Source: Bacteroidota bacterium | Lineage (GTDB): Bacteria > Bacteroidota > Bacteroidia > Bacteroidales > DTGW01 | Direction of reading: 5' to 3' | DNA length: 44,292 nucleotides | NCBI GenBank assembly: GCA_020049015.1 | Contig: JAIFLP010000111.1 | Coordinates: 1-44,292 of the forward strand | In this document: positions 8,975 to 19,507 of the stretch, piece by piece | Layout: every line of letters begins with the position of its first letter | Numbering within the stretch: the first letter of the stretch is position 1 | Notes under the pieces: model-generated | Seen by the model: only the letters and a program-made list of their open reading frames with translations | Told to the model about the DNA's origin: nothing | Database searches by the model: none | Position numbers and translations under genes: made by a program

Positions 8975-10481
8975 CGTTGGTAAGGTTTTTACATGGATAC
9001 CTCCAGGTAGTATTTTTGTCATTAAATAATTCGTTTGCAGCTTCAGGTCCCCAAGTGCCTGATGGATAGCCGAAAATTTTCATATCTTTATTATTTTCCC
9101 ATGCTTCTTGCACGGGTTTAAGAAATTTCCAAGTTGCTTCTACTGCATCTCCTCTGGAATATAAAGTAGCATCACCATTCATACAATCCAATATCAGTCT
9201 TTCATACGCACTGGGAATATTAACATCAGAAAGATCGGCATATTTAAAATCCATGTTTACTGGTTGTACCATAAAACCTGCTCCGGGTACTTTCATACCG
9301 AATTTGAAAAGAATACCTTCATCTGGCTGTATTCGGATGATCAATTGATTAATTTGTTTATCAATTTCAGGATTGGTGTAAAAAATTTGATGGGGAGCCG
9401 TTTTAAAATGTATGGCAATTTCACTCACACGGGTAGGTAATCTTTTTCCGGTACGAATATAAAAAGGAACATTCCCCCAACGCCAATTATCAATAAATAA
9501 TTTAAGGGCAACGTAAGTCTCTGTTTTCGAATTTGGATCCACTCCCTGCTCATTTCTATAAGCTGAAAAGACTTTGCCTTGTAAGTTCGATTCGGTATAT
9601 TGACCTCTTATTACGTGAGTTTCAATATCACTATCTTTATAGGGTCGAATCGATTGAAAAACTTTCATTATTTCATTACGAATAGAAGTAGCATCTAAAG
9701 ATGCGGGTGGTTCCATGGCAATAAATGCCGCGGTTTGCAATAAGTGGTTTTGAATCATATCCCGCAAAGCACCCGAATGGTCATAATAACCTCCTCTGCC
9801 TTCAACACCCAAGCTTTCGGCTGCCGTTATTTCAACACGATCAATAAAATTTCTGTTCCATAATGGTTCAAAAAAACCATTAACAAAGCGGGTTACCATA
9901 ATATTCTGTACGGTTTCTTTGCCCAAATAATGGTCAATTCTGTATATTTGATCTTCATTGAAATAATCGTGAATTTTGTGGTTCAGTTCAATAGCCGAAG
10001 CCAAATCATAGCCAAAAGGTTTTTCAATGATGATTCTTTTCCAACTTTTCTCATGACACGATTCTGTCATTCCATGTTGCTTTAAAAAGCGTGAAATGGG
10101 TTCGTAAAGAGATGGGGGAGTAGAGAGATAAAATAAATAATTGCAAGAGCTTTCAATAGTTTTAGCTAATTTTTCTAATCGTATACGCAAATTAGCATAA
10201 TCATCACTATTTTGAGTATTGATGGCTTGATAATAAATCAGCTTTAAAAAATCCTGAAAATGGCTTTTGTCTTTTCCCGTTTCTTTTTCTAAACTCGCTA
10301 TTAATTTATCCCTATAAGCATCGTCAGAATATTCGGTTCTGCTCACTCCTAAAATGGCAAACTTATTGGGCAAGAGTTTTTTAGTATATAAATTATATAT
10401 AGAAGGAATCAATTTGCGTTCTGTAAGATCGCCTGAAGCCCCAAAAATTACTAAAATATGGTCGTGTGCTTGCTGTATCAT
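8952..10481 (-). CDS. zwf: glucose-6-phosphate 1-dehydrogenase
   Basis: NADP site IFGASGDLTERKL and active-site motif RIDHYLGKE. Length 509 aa. Confidence 0.96.
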   Translation of the reverse strand: MIQQAHDHILVIFGASGDLTERKLIPSIYNLYTKKLLPNKFAILGVSRTEYSDDAYRDKLIASLEKETGKDKSHFQDFLKLIYYQAINTQNSDDYANLRIRLEKLAKTIESSCNYLFYLSTPPSLYEPISRFLKQHGMTESCHEKSWKRIIIEKPFGYDLASAIELNHKIHDYFNEDQIYRIDHYLGKETVQNIMVTRFVNGFFEPLWNRNFIDRVEITAAESLGVEGRGGYYDHSGALRDMIQNHLLQTAAFIAMEPPASLDATSIRNEIMKVFQSIRPYKDSDIETHVIRGQYTESNLQGKVFSAYRNEQGVDPNSKTETYVALKLFIDNWRWGNVPFYIRTGKRLPTRVSEIAIHFKTAPHQIFYTNPEIDKQINQLIIRIQPDEGILFKFGMKVPGAGFMVQPVNMDFKYADLSDVNIPSAYERLILDCMNGDATLYSRGDAVEATWKFLKPVQEAWENNKDMKIFGYPSGTWGPEAANELFNDKNTTWRYPCKNLTNDGQYCEL

Positions 10482-11061
10482 ATCAATGATTTTAGATAGC
10501 CAAAGATAAAGAACAATTATGATATTTGATATTCATGCGTTTTAAAATAAAAAATATCATTAATATGCATTTCGATTGTATATTTATACAGGTTTTTCGG
10601 GTTTTAAAGAAAAAAACTGGAACATTTCTTTGAAAATTTACCGGAAAAAGATGTAATTTTGTAACAAATTATAAAAAATAAAGGATTAAGTTAGATAATA
10701 TTAAAAAAAAGAGTGCAATTTAATAAAAATGATGAAAAATTTACCCGAAATAAAGTCCAAGCGAAAGTGATGCAAAAACATCAGGTTTTATGATCTGATG
10801 TGTTGCTGATAGGGTAAATATATTTTCAAAATAGTTCATATAAAAATACTTAACCTTCCTTTCAGCAATCAATTACTGGTAACGTGATATATTTTATCTT
10901 CGGGTCTGTTTAAACAAACAGTTGTTATGGGCATATTTAATAAATATTTTTAAATACCCCTTATGGAAAGGTGGATGATATAATAAAATATTTATTTTTG
11001 CGCTGGATTTTAAGGAGTATAAATTAATAGTTCTAGTTTTTAAAAGTAATAATTAATAATT

Positions 11062-14000
11062 ATGCAAACAGTGAAACCGACCGCTCGGGGGATGTATAAT
11101 CCAGAAAATGAGCATGATGCATGTGGAATTGGTTTTGTTGCCCATATAAAGGGTCAGAAATCGCATGAGATTGTTCGTCGTGGATTGGATGTGCTCATAA
11201 ATATGACACATCGTGGGGCCGAAAGTGCTGATAATGTTTCAGGTGACGGCGCAGGAATTTTATTACAAATGCCGCATGAATTCTTTTTAGCCAAAGGGTT
11301 TAAGTTACCAGCACAAGGTCAATATGGTGCGGGAATCGTTTTCTTGCCTAAGAAGGCAAGTGAGGCATCAAAGTGTATGCGAATTTTTGAAGATACATTA
11401 ATTGCTGAAAATCTTTGCCTTATAGCTACCCGTGAGGTTCCTGTTAATAGCTCTTGCTTGGGTGAAATATCACGCTCTACAGAACCTGATATGAAGCAGG
11501 TATTTGTAACGGGTAAATTTGAGCAAGACGAACTAGAAAGAAAGCTTTATATTGTTCGAAAATTATCAGAAAATCAAATTAGAAATTCCGATATTGAAGG
11601 AAAAGATAGTTTTTATTTTCCAAGTTTTTCATCAAAGGTAATGATTTATAAGGGGATGCTTACACCCATTCAGGTGCGTGAGTATTTTCCTGATCTTAGC
11701 GATTCTAGCATGGTGAGCGCTATATCGCTTGTTCATTCAAGATTTAGTACCAATACTTTTCCTACTTGGGATTTGGCACAGCCATTCCGTTATCTTGCCC
11801 ACAATGGCGAAATCAATACCATTAAGGGTAACCGCAATTGGATGAAGGCACGCGAAGGCTTATTAAAAACTGATGTGTTTGGTGCTGATTTGCAAAAGTT
11901 ATTTCCCATCATAGAGCCTGACATGAGCGATTCAGCTTCATTAGACAATGCGCTTGAATTTTTACATTTAACAGGTAGACCATTGCCTCATGCTTTAAGC
12001 ATGCTAATTCCTGAGTCGTGGAATGATAAAAATCCAATCCCCGATAGCTTAAAGGCCTTTTATGAATATTATTCTACCTTTATGGAGCCTTGGGATGGTC
12101 CTGCATCTATTGTTTTTAGTGATGGTCGCTTTGTTGGGGGCACACTCGATAGAAACGGCTTAAGACCTTCGCGCTTTGTTATTACTAAAAGTGATATCAT
12201 CGCTATGGGTTCTGAAGTAGGTTGTCAAATATTTCCTCCCGATCAGATTAAAGAAAAAGGTCGCTTGCGTCCTGGTAAAATATTACTTATTGATACCAAA
12301 TTAGGAATTATTATTCCTGATAATGAAATTAAATCGCAATTATCTAAATCGCATCCTTATACGCAATGGTTAAAGGAAAATAGATTGGAGTTGCCAAAAA
12401 TTGAAGTCAAAAACCGCATGCCTTCTTCATTAGGGAATGATTTAGTGAAATACATGAAGGTATTTGGTTATACTAAAGAAGATTTAGAATTTGTTATTAC
12501 ACCTATGGCTCGCGACGGTTATGAACCTACCGGATCAATGGGTAATGATACTCCTTTAGCTGTATTGTCAGATAAACCACAAAGATTGTTTAACTATTTC
12601 AAGCAATTATTTGCACAGGTTACCAATCCACCTATCGATCCTATTCGCGAAGGTTTGGTTATGTCTTTAACTAATTATATAGGTTCTGTTTCTAAAAATA
12701 TATTACAAGAATCACCAGCCCATTGCAAATTAATCAAGTTTAAATCGCCTATTATTACCAATACCGATTTACAGAAGTTAAAGGATTTAAAAGAAGAGGA
12801 TTTCAAAAATGTTCATTTAGATATTACTTTTGATGTTAAAAATGAAAATGGTCTTGAAAATGCTCTAGCGGCACTTTGTAAACAATCAGAAGAGGCTGTA
12901 GATAATAACATTAATTATATTATTCTTTCTGATAGAAACATTACTCCTGATAAAGCACCAATTCCAAGTTTATTGGCTGTTGCGGCTATCCATCACCACC
13001 TTATCAATGCAAAAAAGAGAATGCAAGTTGGACTTATTCTCGAAACTGCTGAGCCAAGAGAGGTTCATCATTTTGCTTTGTTGATTTCATTTGGTGCAAG
13101 TGTTATTAATCCTTATGGAGTATTTGCAGCTATTGATGACCTTTGTAATCAAGGTAAAATTAAATATGATTATGTTAAAGCTCGTGAAAACTATATTAAA
13201 TCTGTAGATGCGGGATTATTGAAGATTCTTTCAAAAATGGGAATTTCTACTTTAAGAAGTTACCATGGTGCTCAGATTCATGAAGCAATAGGTATCAGTG
13301 ATGACGTTATTAAAAAATATTTCTGTGGTACTTCTAGTAGGATTGGAGGAATTGGACTCAATGAAATTGCAAAAGAGTCATCAATGCCGCATCAGAATTA
13401 TTTCGCCAATCAAGACGATACTCAGTTTAAAACGGAAGGCTTTTATGCTTATCGCAAAGATGGAGAAAAGCACTCTTGGGATCCTGAGGCTATTGGTCTT
13501 CTGCAATGGGCTACTCGCACAGGGAACTATTCAAAATTTAAAGAGTTTTCAAGCTATGTAAATACTCAATATCAAAAACCTTTATATTTAAGAGGCTTTT
13601 TAGATTATAAAAAGAAACCGATCTCAATAGATAAGGTTGAACCCGTTTCTGAAATTACCAAGCGTTTTATTACTGGGGCAATGTCCTACGGTTCTATCAG
13701 TAAAGAAGCACATGAAGCTTTAGCTAAGGCAATGAATCAAATAGGCGGAAAAAGTAACACGGGTGAAGGTGGTGAAGATGCTGAAAGATTTAAAAAACAA
13801 GCGGATGGTTCAAGTTTAAGAAGTGCCGTAAAGCAAGTTGCTTCTGGTCGCTTTGGTGTTACAACAACATACCTTGTTAACGCCGATGAAATTCAGATAA
13901 AAATGGCTCAGGGTGCAAAACCTGGAGAAGGCGGACAGTTGCCAGGTTTTAAAGTAAATAAAATTATTGCCAAACTGCGCCATTCAACTCCTGGTATAAC

Positions 14001-15585
14001 TTTGATTTCACCTCCACCACACCACGATATCTATTCAATCGAGGATTTGAAGCAGTTGATTTCAGATTTAAAAATGTGTAATCCAAAAGCAAAAATTAGT
14101 GTTAAACTGGTTTCTGAAAATGGTGTAGGAACTGTAGCTGCTGGTGTTGCTAAAGCTAAAGCCGACGTTATAATTATTAGTGGAGCTGAAGGAGGCACGG
14201 GTGCTTCTCCTGTAAGCTCTATCAAACATGCAGGTATCCCAATGGAAATGGGTATTGCTGAAGCGCAACAAACTTTGGTAATGAATAATCTTCGCGGTCG
14301 TGTTCGCCTTCAAACCGATGGTCAGCTTAAGACAGGCAAGGATGTTATTATTGCCGCTCTATTGGGTGGTGAAGAGTTTGGTTTTGCTACTACAGCTCTA
14401 ATAGTATTGGGTTGTATTATGATGCGCAAATGTCATTTAAATACTTGCCCTGTGGGTGTTGCTACACAAGATGAAAACCTGAGAAAAAGGTTTATTGGTA
14501 AGTCTGATTATGTTGTTAACTACTTTAATTTTGTTGCTCAGGAAATTAGAGAAATAATGGCAGAGATGGGAATTACTAAGTTTGATGATTTAGTAGGTCG
14601 CAGCGATTTACTCACCGTTCGTTCATTTGAGAACCATTGGAAAGCCAAAACAATTAATTTAGATAAGCTGGTATATTTACCCGAAGAAGCTAAAAAATAT
14701 CCATTACATAATACGCACGTACAACATCACGATATTGATGATGTGCTTGATTTGGACTTGATCAAATTATCGAATAGCGCGATTAAAAATAAAGAAAAAG
14801 TTTGGATTGCTAAGCCTATTGGCAATACAGACAGGACAGTTGGAGCTATGTTAAGTGGTGAAATTGCAAAACTGTACGGAGATGAAGGCTTACCTCATGA
14901 TACTATTAATGCCCGATTTACTGGTTCAGCAGGTCAAAGTTTTGGTGCCTTCTTGGCCAAAGGTATTTCATTCCGTTTGGAAGGTGATGCGAACGATTAT
15001 TTAGGTAAAGGTCTCTGCGGGGGTAAAGTGGCAGTAGTTCCTCCTTCTGAAGCAACCTACAAAGCTGAAGAAAATATGATCATTGGAAACACCGTACTTT
15101 ATGGAGCTACTTCAGGCGAAATTTATATACACGGTCTTGCAGGAGAACGTTTCTGCGTGAGAAATTCCGGTGCAATAGCTGTTGTTGAAGGAGTAGGGGA
15201 TCATTGTTGTGAATACATGACTGGTGGTAGAACGGTTGTTCTTGGAAAAACAGGTAGAAATTTTGCTGCTGGTATGAGTGGTGGTATTGCTTATGTTCTT
15301 GATATGGACGATAATTTTGAATTTTTCTGTAATAAAGGGCTTGTTGAATTAACAAAGCTTGATAATATGGATGATATCAATGAACTTCAATCTATCATTA
15401 GCAAGCACTTATTCTACACAAATAGTGATGTTGCTGAAAAAATTCTTGTTAATTGGAACGAGTACCAACCACATTTTGTAAAGGTAATACCGTTTGAATA
15501 TAAGAAGGTTCTTGAAGAGCTTAAGCTTGCAGCACTGCGTGAAAAGATCGCAGCAACAGAAGATGAACCACAGCGCCAATATTAA
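11062..15585 (+). CDS. gltB: glutamate synthase large subunit
   Basis: 1507 aa. Ntn-amidotransferase N-terminus with catalytic Cys (DACGIGFVAH), followed by the central, FMN and C-terminal GXGXG-type domains. Confidence 0.97.
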   Translation: MQTVKPTARGMYNPENEHDACGIGFVAHIKGQKSHEIVRRGLDVLINMTHRGAESADNVSGDGAGILLQMPHEFFLAKGFKLPAQGQYGAGIVFLPKKASEASKCMRIFEDTLIAENLCLIATREVPVNSSCLGEISRSTEPDMKQVFVTGKFEQDELERKLYIVRKLSENQIRNSDIEGKDSFYFPSFSSKVMIYKGMLTPIQVREYFPDLSDSSMVSAISLVHSRFSTNTFPTWDLAQPFRYLAHNGEINTIKGNRNWMKAREGLLKTDVFGADLQKLFPIIEPDMSDSASLDNALEFLHLTGRPLPHALSMLIPESWNDKNPIPDSLKAFYEYYSTFMEPWDGPASIVFSDGRFVGGTLDRNGLRPSRFVITKSDIIAMGSEVGCQIFPPDQIKEKGRLRPGKILLIDTKLGIIIPDNEIKSQLSKSHPYTQWLKENRLELPKIEVKNRMPSSLGNDLVKYMKVFGYTKEDLEFVITPMARDGYEPTGSMGNDTPLAVLSDKPQRLFNYFKQLFAQVTNPPIDPIREGLVMSLTNYIGSVSKNILQESPAHCKLIKFKSPIITNTDLQKLKDLKEEDFKNVHLDITFDVKNENGLENALAALCKQSEEAVDNNINYIILSDRNITPDKAPIPSLLAVAAIHHHLINAKKRMQVGLILETAEPREVHHFALLISFGASVINPYGVFAAIDDLCNQGKIKYDYVKARENYIKSVDAGLLKILSKMGISTLRSYHGAQIHEAIGISDDVIKKYFCGTSSRIGGIGLNEIAKESSMPHQNYFANQDDTQFKTEGFYAYRKDGEKHSWDPEAIGLLQWATRTGNYSKFKEFSSYVNTQYQKPLYLRGFLDYKKKPISIDKVEPVSEITKRFITGAMSYGSISKEAHEALAKAMNQIGGKSNTGEGGEDAERFKKQADGSSLRSAVKQVASGRFGVTTTYLVNADEIQIKMAQGAKPGEGGQLPGFKVNKIIAKLRHSTPGITLISPPPHHDIYSIEDLKQLISDLKMCNPKAKISVKLVSENGVGTVAAGVAKAKADVIIISGAEGGTGASPVSSIKHAGIPMEMGIAEAQQTLVMNNLRGRVRLQTDGQLKTGKDVIIAALLGGEEFGFATTALIVLGCIMMRKCHLNTCPVGVATQDENLRKRFIGKSDYVVNYFNFVAQEIREIMAEMGITKFDDLVGRSDLLTVRSFENHWKAKTINLDKLVYLPEEAKKYPLHNTHVQHHDIDDVLDLDLIKLSNSAIKNKEKVWIAKPIGNTDRTVGAMLSGEIAKLYGDEGLPHDTINARFTGSAGQSFGAFLAKGISFRLEGDANDYLGKGLCGGKVAVVPPSEATYKAEENMIIGNTVLYGATSGEIYIHGLAGERFCVRNSGAIAVVEGVGDHCCEYMTGGRTVVLGKTGRNFAAGMSGGIAYVLDMDDNFEFFCNKGLVELTKLDNMDDINELQSIISKHLFYTNSDVAEKILVNWNEYQPHFVKVIPFEYKKVLEELKLAALREKIAATEDEPQRQY

Positions 15586-15620
15586 TAGTTAAATAGTAAA
15601 AGAATTAAAAATTTATAAAT

Positions 15621-17042
15621 ATGGGTAATCCAAAAGGATTTATGGATATTGCCAGAAAAGATGCTGGTAATAGACCTATTCAGGAACGTATTGATGATTT
15701 TGGGGAAGTAGAGCAAACCCTTAATGATGCAGATAGACAATTGCAGGCCTCTCGTTGTATGGATTGCGGGATACCATTCTGTCAATGGTCTTGTCCTGTT
15801 TCTAATACTATGCCTGAATGGCAAGATGCGATATACCGTGGCGATTGGAAAGAGGCTATTGAGGTTTTGCATTCAACCAATAATTTTCCTGAATTTACCG
15901 GTCGCGTTTGTCCCGCACCCTGCGAAAAAGGTTGTGTTCTCAACATAAATGAAGAGCCAGTTACAATTCGCGAAAATGAATGTGCCGCTATTGAAAAGGC
16001 TTTCTCTTTAGGGTTAGTGACCGCTCAACCAGCGAAAGTACGTACAGGAAAAAAAATAGCTGTTATTGGTTCTGGACCTGCCGGTCTTGCTTGTGCCGAT
16101 TTACTTAACAAATGGGGTCATACAGTTACTTTGTTTGAAAAAGATGAAGCGGTAGGTGGTTTGGTTCGCTTTGGTATTCCAGATTTTAAACTCAATAAAT
16201 CAATTATTGATCGCAGAGTTGAGATTTTTAAGGAAGAGGGTATGATTATTAAAACCAATACCAATGTAGGTGTTGATATAACAGGTAAAGAGTTGTTAAA
16301 ACAATTTGATGCCGTTTGTATTGCCATAGGAGCAATGAAGCCTCGCGACATTCAGGTTGAGGGAAGAGATTTAAAAGGAGTTCATTTTGCCATGGATTTT
16401 CTTACCCAACAAAATAGAGAATTAGCAGGAAAACATTTTTCTGATGAAGAAAGAATCCATGCAAAAGATAAACATATATTAGTAATTGGGGGAGGCGATA
16501 CCGGTTCCGATTGTGTAGGTACTTCTAACCGTCATAAGGCAAAAAGTATTACACAGATTGAAATTATGCCCAAGCCACCTGTGAAGCGTGTTGAAGATAA
16601 TCCATGGCCTTACTGGCCTTACACGCTAAAAACTTCTTCATCTCATGAGGAGGGTTGCGAGAGAATGTGGAGCCTAAATACAAAGAGATTTATTGGCGAA
16701 AAAGGCGTTTTAAAAGAAGTTGAGGTTGTTGAGGTTAAATGGGAAAAGGATGCTACGGGCAGAATGCAAATGACCGAAGTGCCTAATTCAAATAAAATAA
16801 TCAAAGCTGACTTTGTTTTCCTAGCTATGGGTTTTGTTCATCCATTTCACGAAGGTCTTTGTAATGAATTAGGACTTGAATATGATGCACGTGGTAATGT
16901 TAAAGTGGATGCAAATAAAGCCACTTCAGTGGGCAAAGTTTTTGCTGCCGGTGATGCGGTTAGAGGTCCAAGCCTTGTAGTATGGGCTATTACCGAAGGT
17001 AGAACCATGGCCGAAAATGTCCATAAATTTCTAATGAAGTAA
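15621..17042 (+). CDS. gltD: glutamate synthase small subunit (NADPH)
   Basis: Fe-S cysteine clusters (CMDCGIPFC, CPAPCE), dinucleotide fold VIGSGPAGLACA, and a start 35 nt downstream of gltB. Confidence 0.95.
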   Translation: MGNPKGFMDIARKDAGNRPIQERIDDFGEVEQTLNDADRQLQASRCMDCGIPFCQWSCPVSNTMPEWQDAIYRGDWKEAIEVLHSTNNFPEFTGRVCPAPCEKGCVLNINEEPVTIRENECAAIEKAFSLGLVTAQPAKVRTGKKIAVIGSGPAGLACADLLNKWGHTVTLFEKDEAVGGLVRFGIPDFKLNKSIIDRRVEIFKEEGMIIKTNTNVGVDITGKELLKQFDAVCIAIGAMKPRDIQVEGRDLKGVHFAMDFLTQQNRELAGKHFSDEERIHAKDKHILVIGGGDTGSDCVGTSNRHKAKSITQIEIMPKPPVKRVEDNPWPYWPYTLKTSSSHEEGCERMWSLNTKRFIGEKGVLKEVEVVEVKWEKDATGRMQMTEVPNSNKIIKADFVFLAMGFVHPFHEGLCNELGLEYDARGNVKVDANKATSVGKVFAAGDAVRGPSLVVWAITEGRTMAENVHKFLMK

Positions 17043-17065
17043 GATTTTCATAATTAGATAGTTCT

Positions 17066-17100
17066 CTGCCCACTTCAGAATTGAGGTGGGCAGTTTTTAT
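17066..17100 (+). terminator. rho-independent terminator of gltBD
   Basis: ctgcccac (17066-17073) pairs with gtgggcag (17086-17093), with extra tca/tga pairing in the loop-proximal part. A ttttt run (17094-17098) follows, 24 nt after the gltD stop. Confidence 0.75.
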
Positions 17101-17351
17101 TTAGGGCAATAATAAGACTTATTATTAATGAGTATTGGAAAGGATAAACATTTACTGCAAATCCCAAGATTAAAGAATCTATTGCTATTTCTTTTGAGTA
17201 CATTATTATCAAAGAACCTATTAATCGCTAAATAAAACTAATAATATTGAAGCGCTAATAACAACATAGCCTAAATTTGATACTCAATAAAAAATATTTA
17301 TTTACTATACTTATCACATTCATGAATTGTAAATATTTTTTATGTATACTA

Positions 17352-17963
17352 TTATTTAACACCAATTAATTTTTCAATAAATTGTATTAATTCTTCATAA
17401 ATCTTGTGTGTAGGTAATCCCATGACATTAAAATAGGAGCCTTTTATTGAATGAATGCCTATATAGCCCAACCATTCTTGAGCACCGTATGAGCCAGCTT
17501 TATCATAGGGTTTATGCTTATCTATGTAGTATACTATTTCGTCATCAGTAAACTCTTTAAATTTTACTTGGGTCTGATCAAAAAACGTATGTTTCAATTT
17601 TTGATGGTATAAGCATACTCCTGTGTAAACAACATGCATATTTCCCGATAATTCTTTTAGCATTTGAATGGCATTTTCTCGGCTTTCGGGTTTTCCATAT
17701 ACTTTATCATTAAAAACTACTATTGTATCGGCTGTTATAACAATGTCGCTGTGTTGGATGCGGGTTTTAAACCATTCTGATTTTAACTCTGCCAAATATA
17801 TTGCAACAGCCTCATTTTTTAACTCCGCAGGGTAAATTTCTTCAATGTTTTCGGGTAAAATATTTCTGAATGAAAATCCCATATCTTTTAATAATTGGTT
17901 GCGCCTGGGACTTTGTGACGCAAGTATCAAGTTATATTTCTTTAGTTCTTCTTCTAAATACAT
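17352..17963 (-). CDS. maf: Maf-family nucleoside triphosphate pyrophosphatase
   Basis: N-terminus LILASQSPRRNQLL and about 200 aa Maf-like layout. Confidence 0.9.
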   Translation of the reverse strand: MYLEEELKKYNLILASQSPRRNQLLKDMGFSFRNILPENIEEIYPAELKNEAVAIYLAELKSEWFKTRIQHSDIVITADTIVVFNDKVYGKPESRENAIQMLKELSGNMHVVYTGVCLYHQKLKHTFFDQTQVKFKEFTDDEIVYYIDKHKPYDKAGSYGAQEWLGYIGIHSIKGSYFNVMGLPTHKIYEELIQFIEKLIGVK

Positions 17964-17965
17964 TT

Positions 17966-18940
17966 TTATTCAATATTTAATTGTATTAGATATCTGATAA
18001 GTATACCATATGTAATGCCTGCTACCATTACTAATTTCAAAATGTTCCCAGCTTGTTTTAAACCTTTTATTGTTTTTGTTTTAAACACTATTATATTGCT
18101 CAAAATTAAAGGGGAAATTATAAAAAGCAAGAAATAAATGAGCGTATAGATATCTTTTAAATAAAGGAAATACAATAATATTAGAAGCAATGCTACAATA
18201 GATGACAAAATATAAATTATTATTTTCGAAACGCTTGCTCCATAGCGAATAGGAATTGTTGATCGACCGTATGCTGCATCGCCTTCAAAATCTTCAATAT
18301 CTTTTGTAATTTCTCTTGCTAGGGTGATTATGAATGCAAAAACCGCATACCATAATATCCAGCTTCCAATAAAACCAAAATCATTACCTATAGCCAGTAA
18401 ATAATTATGATATACCAAATTTAAAGCTCGTAGTTCAAAAAGATAAGAGAGTAAGGGCACAACGGCTGTTAATAATGAAATTATTATATTTCCTGTTATA
18501 GCTTGCTGTTTATACGTTGTAGAGTAAAACCATAAGAAACCCGAGGTTATAGCAAATAGAAATCCCAAAACAGGAAGTCTAACAATATATGCAGCAATGA
18601 AACCACCTAGAATGCCTGCTAAATTGATTATAAAATAGATCAACATAGCATTATTAAAGCTGATTTTTACTCCAATGATTTGTTTATGCGGTTTGTTTAT
18701 GCTATCAATTTCTAAATCATTGGCATCGTTCAAAACATAACCGGCTGCAGCTATTAAAATAGTTGATATAACTAAAATTATAAATCCCAATAGGGGAAAT
18801 TGTAAAACAAATTGAAGGGGCGGTTCGCTATATTGACCAAGATAATAAGCTAAGGGGGCTATTATTCCATACCGCATCACAATCATGGTATAGGCTATAA
18901 TGAGTAGGTTTTTGTACCTGATTAATTTTAATATATACAT
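17966..18940 (-). CDS. UbiA-family prenyltransferase (integral membrane)
   Basis: NDxxDxxxD motif (NDANDLEIDSINKP), a second Asp-rich motif (DIEDFEGD), and about 8-9 TM helices. Confidence 0.85.
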   Translation of the reverse strand: MYILKLIRYKNLLIIAYTMIVMRYGIIAPLAYYLGQYSEPPLQFVLQFPLLGFIILVISTILIAAAGYVLNDANDLEIDSINKPHKQIIGVKISFNNAMLIYFIINLAGILGGFIAAYIVRLPVLGFLFAITSGFLWFYSTTYKQQAITGNIIISLLTAVVPLLSYLFELRALNLVYHNYLLAIGNDFGFIGSWILWYAVFAFIITLAREITKDIEDFEGDAAYGRSTIPIRYGASVSKIIIYILSSIVALLLILLYFLYLKDIYTLIYFLLFIISPLILSNIIVFKTKTIKGLKQAGNILKLVMVAGITYGILIRYLIQLNIE

Positions 18941-18954
18941 GGCGATTATTTATT

Positions 18955-19479
18955 TTACCAACTAAAAGCTTCTGATGGTTCCATCCAATTTTTCTGAACT
19001 TTTAATACCTGTTCTATTACATCCCTAACACAGCCTTCTCCTCCTGCTTTATCTGATATGTAACGTGAAATTGATTTAATTTCATCACATGCGGTATACG
19101 GACACGCAGCAATGCCAACTCTTTGCATAACCTCAAAATCGGGCATATCATCACCCATATAGAGTACCTCTTCATCTTTCAATTCGTGCTTCGAGATCAT
19201 ATCTTTGTAGTCGTCAAGTTTATATCTCGATTTCATGTATATATCAGTAATTCCTAAATTTTTGAACCGGGTTCTAATTGATTCATTATTACCTCCTGTT
19301 ATGATACCCAAAATATAACCCTTCTTTACAGCATATTGCATGCTATATCCGTCTTTTATGTTCATTGTTCTCAATAGTTCACCATCGGGCGATAAAACTA
19401 CACGATCCGAGCCCAACACACCATCAACATCGAATATAAAGGCCTTAATTTTAACTAAATCAGACTTGTAATGATTCAT
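18955..19479 (-). CDS. kdsC: 3-deoxy-D-manno-octulosonate 8-phosphate phosphatase (HAD-IIIA)
   Basis: HAD motif I FIFDVDGVL, motif GDDMPD, and a KdsC-sized 174 aa. Confidence 0.85.
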   Translation of the reverse strand: MNHYKSDLVKIKAFIFDVDGVLGSDRVVLSPDGELLRTMNIKDGYSMQYAVKKGYILGIITGGNNESIRTRFKNLGITDIYMKSRYKLDDYKDMISKHELKDEEVLYMGDDMPDFEVMQRVGIAACPYTACDEIKSISRYISDKAGGEGCVRDVIEQVLKVQKNWMEPSEAFSW

Positions 19480-19507
19480 GCGATTTTTTTTCGCAAGATA
19501 GTAAATT

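Noticed and set aside
8975-9022. N-terminal extension of the pgl ORF (MTKILPGGIHVKTLPT)
   Set aside because: It would overlap zwf by 71 nt. The internal ATG gives a Pgl-like N-terminus, so the extension is probably not translated.
13298-16351. ORFs overlapping gltB/gltD (13298-13561, 14031-14313, 15107-15355, 15582-15872, 15724-15948, 16118-16351)
   Set aside because: They are embedded in or antisense to the glutamate synthase genes, and no independent coding evidence exists.
17128-17235. 35-codon hydrophobic mini-ORF (MSIGKDKHLLQIPRLKNLLLFLLSTLLSKNLLIAK) downstream of the gltD terminator, preceded by the 9-bp palindrome aataataag-a-cttattatt (17108-17126)
   Set aside because: An open frame of this length is not improbable by chance in about 300 nt read in six frames. 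Leu/Lys richness simply reflects AT-rich codons, and there is no supporting signal. The palindrome is all A/T plus one G/C, and a few such palindromes are expected in 44 kb.
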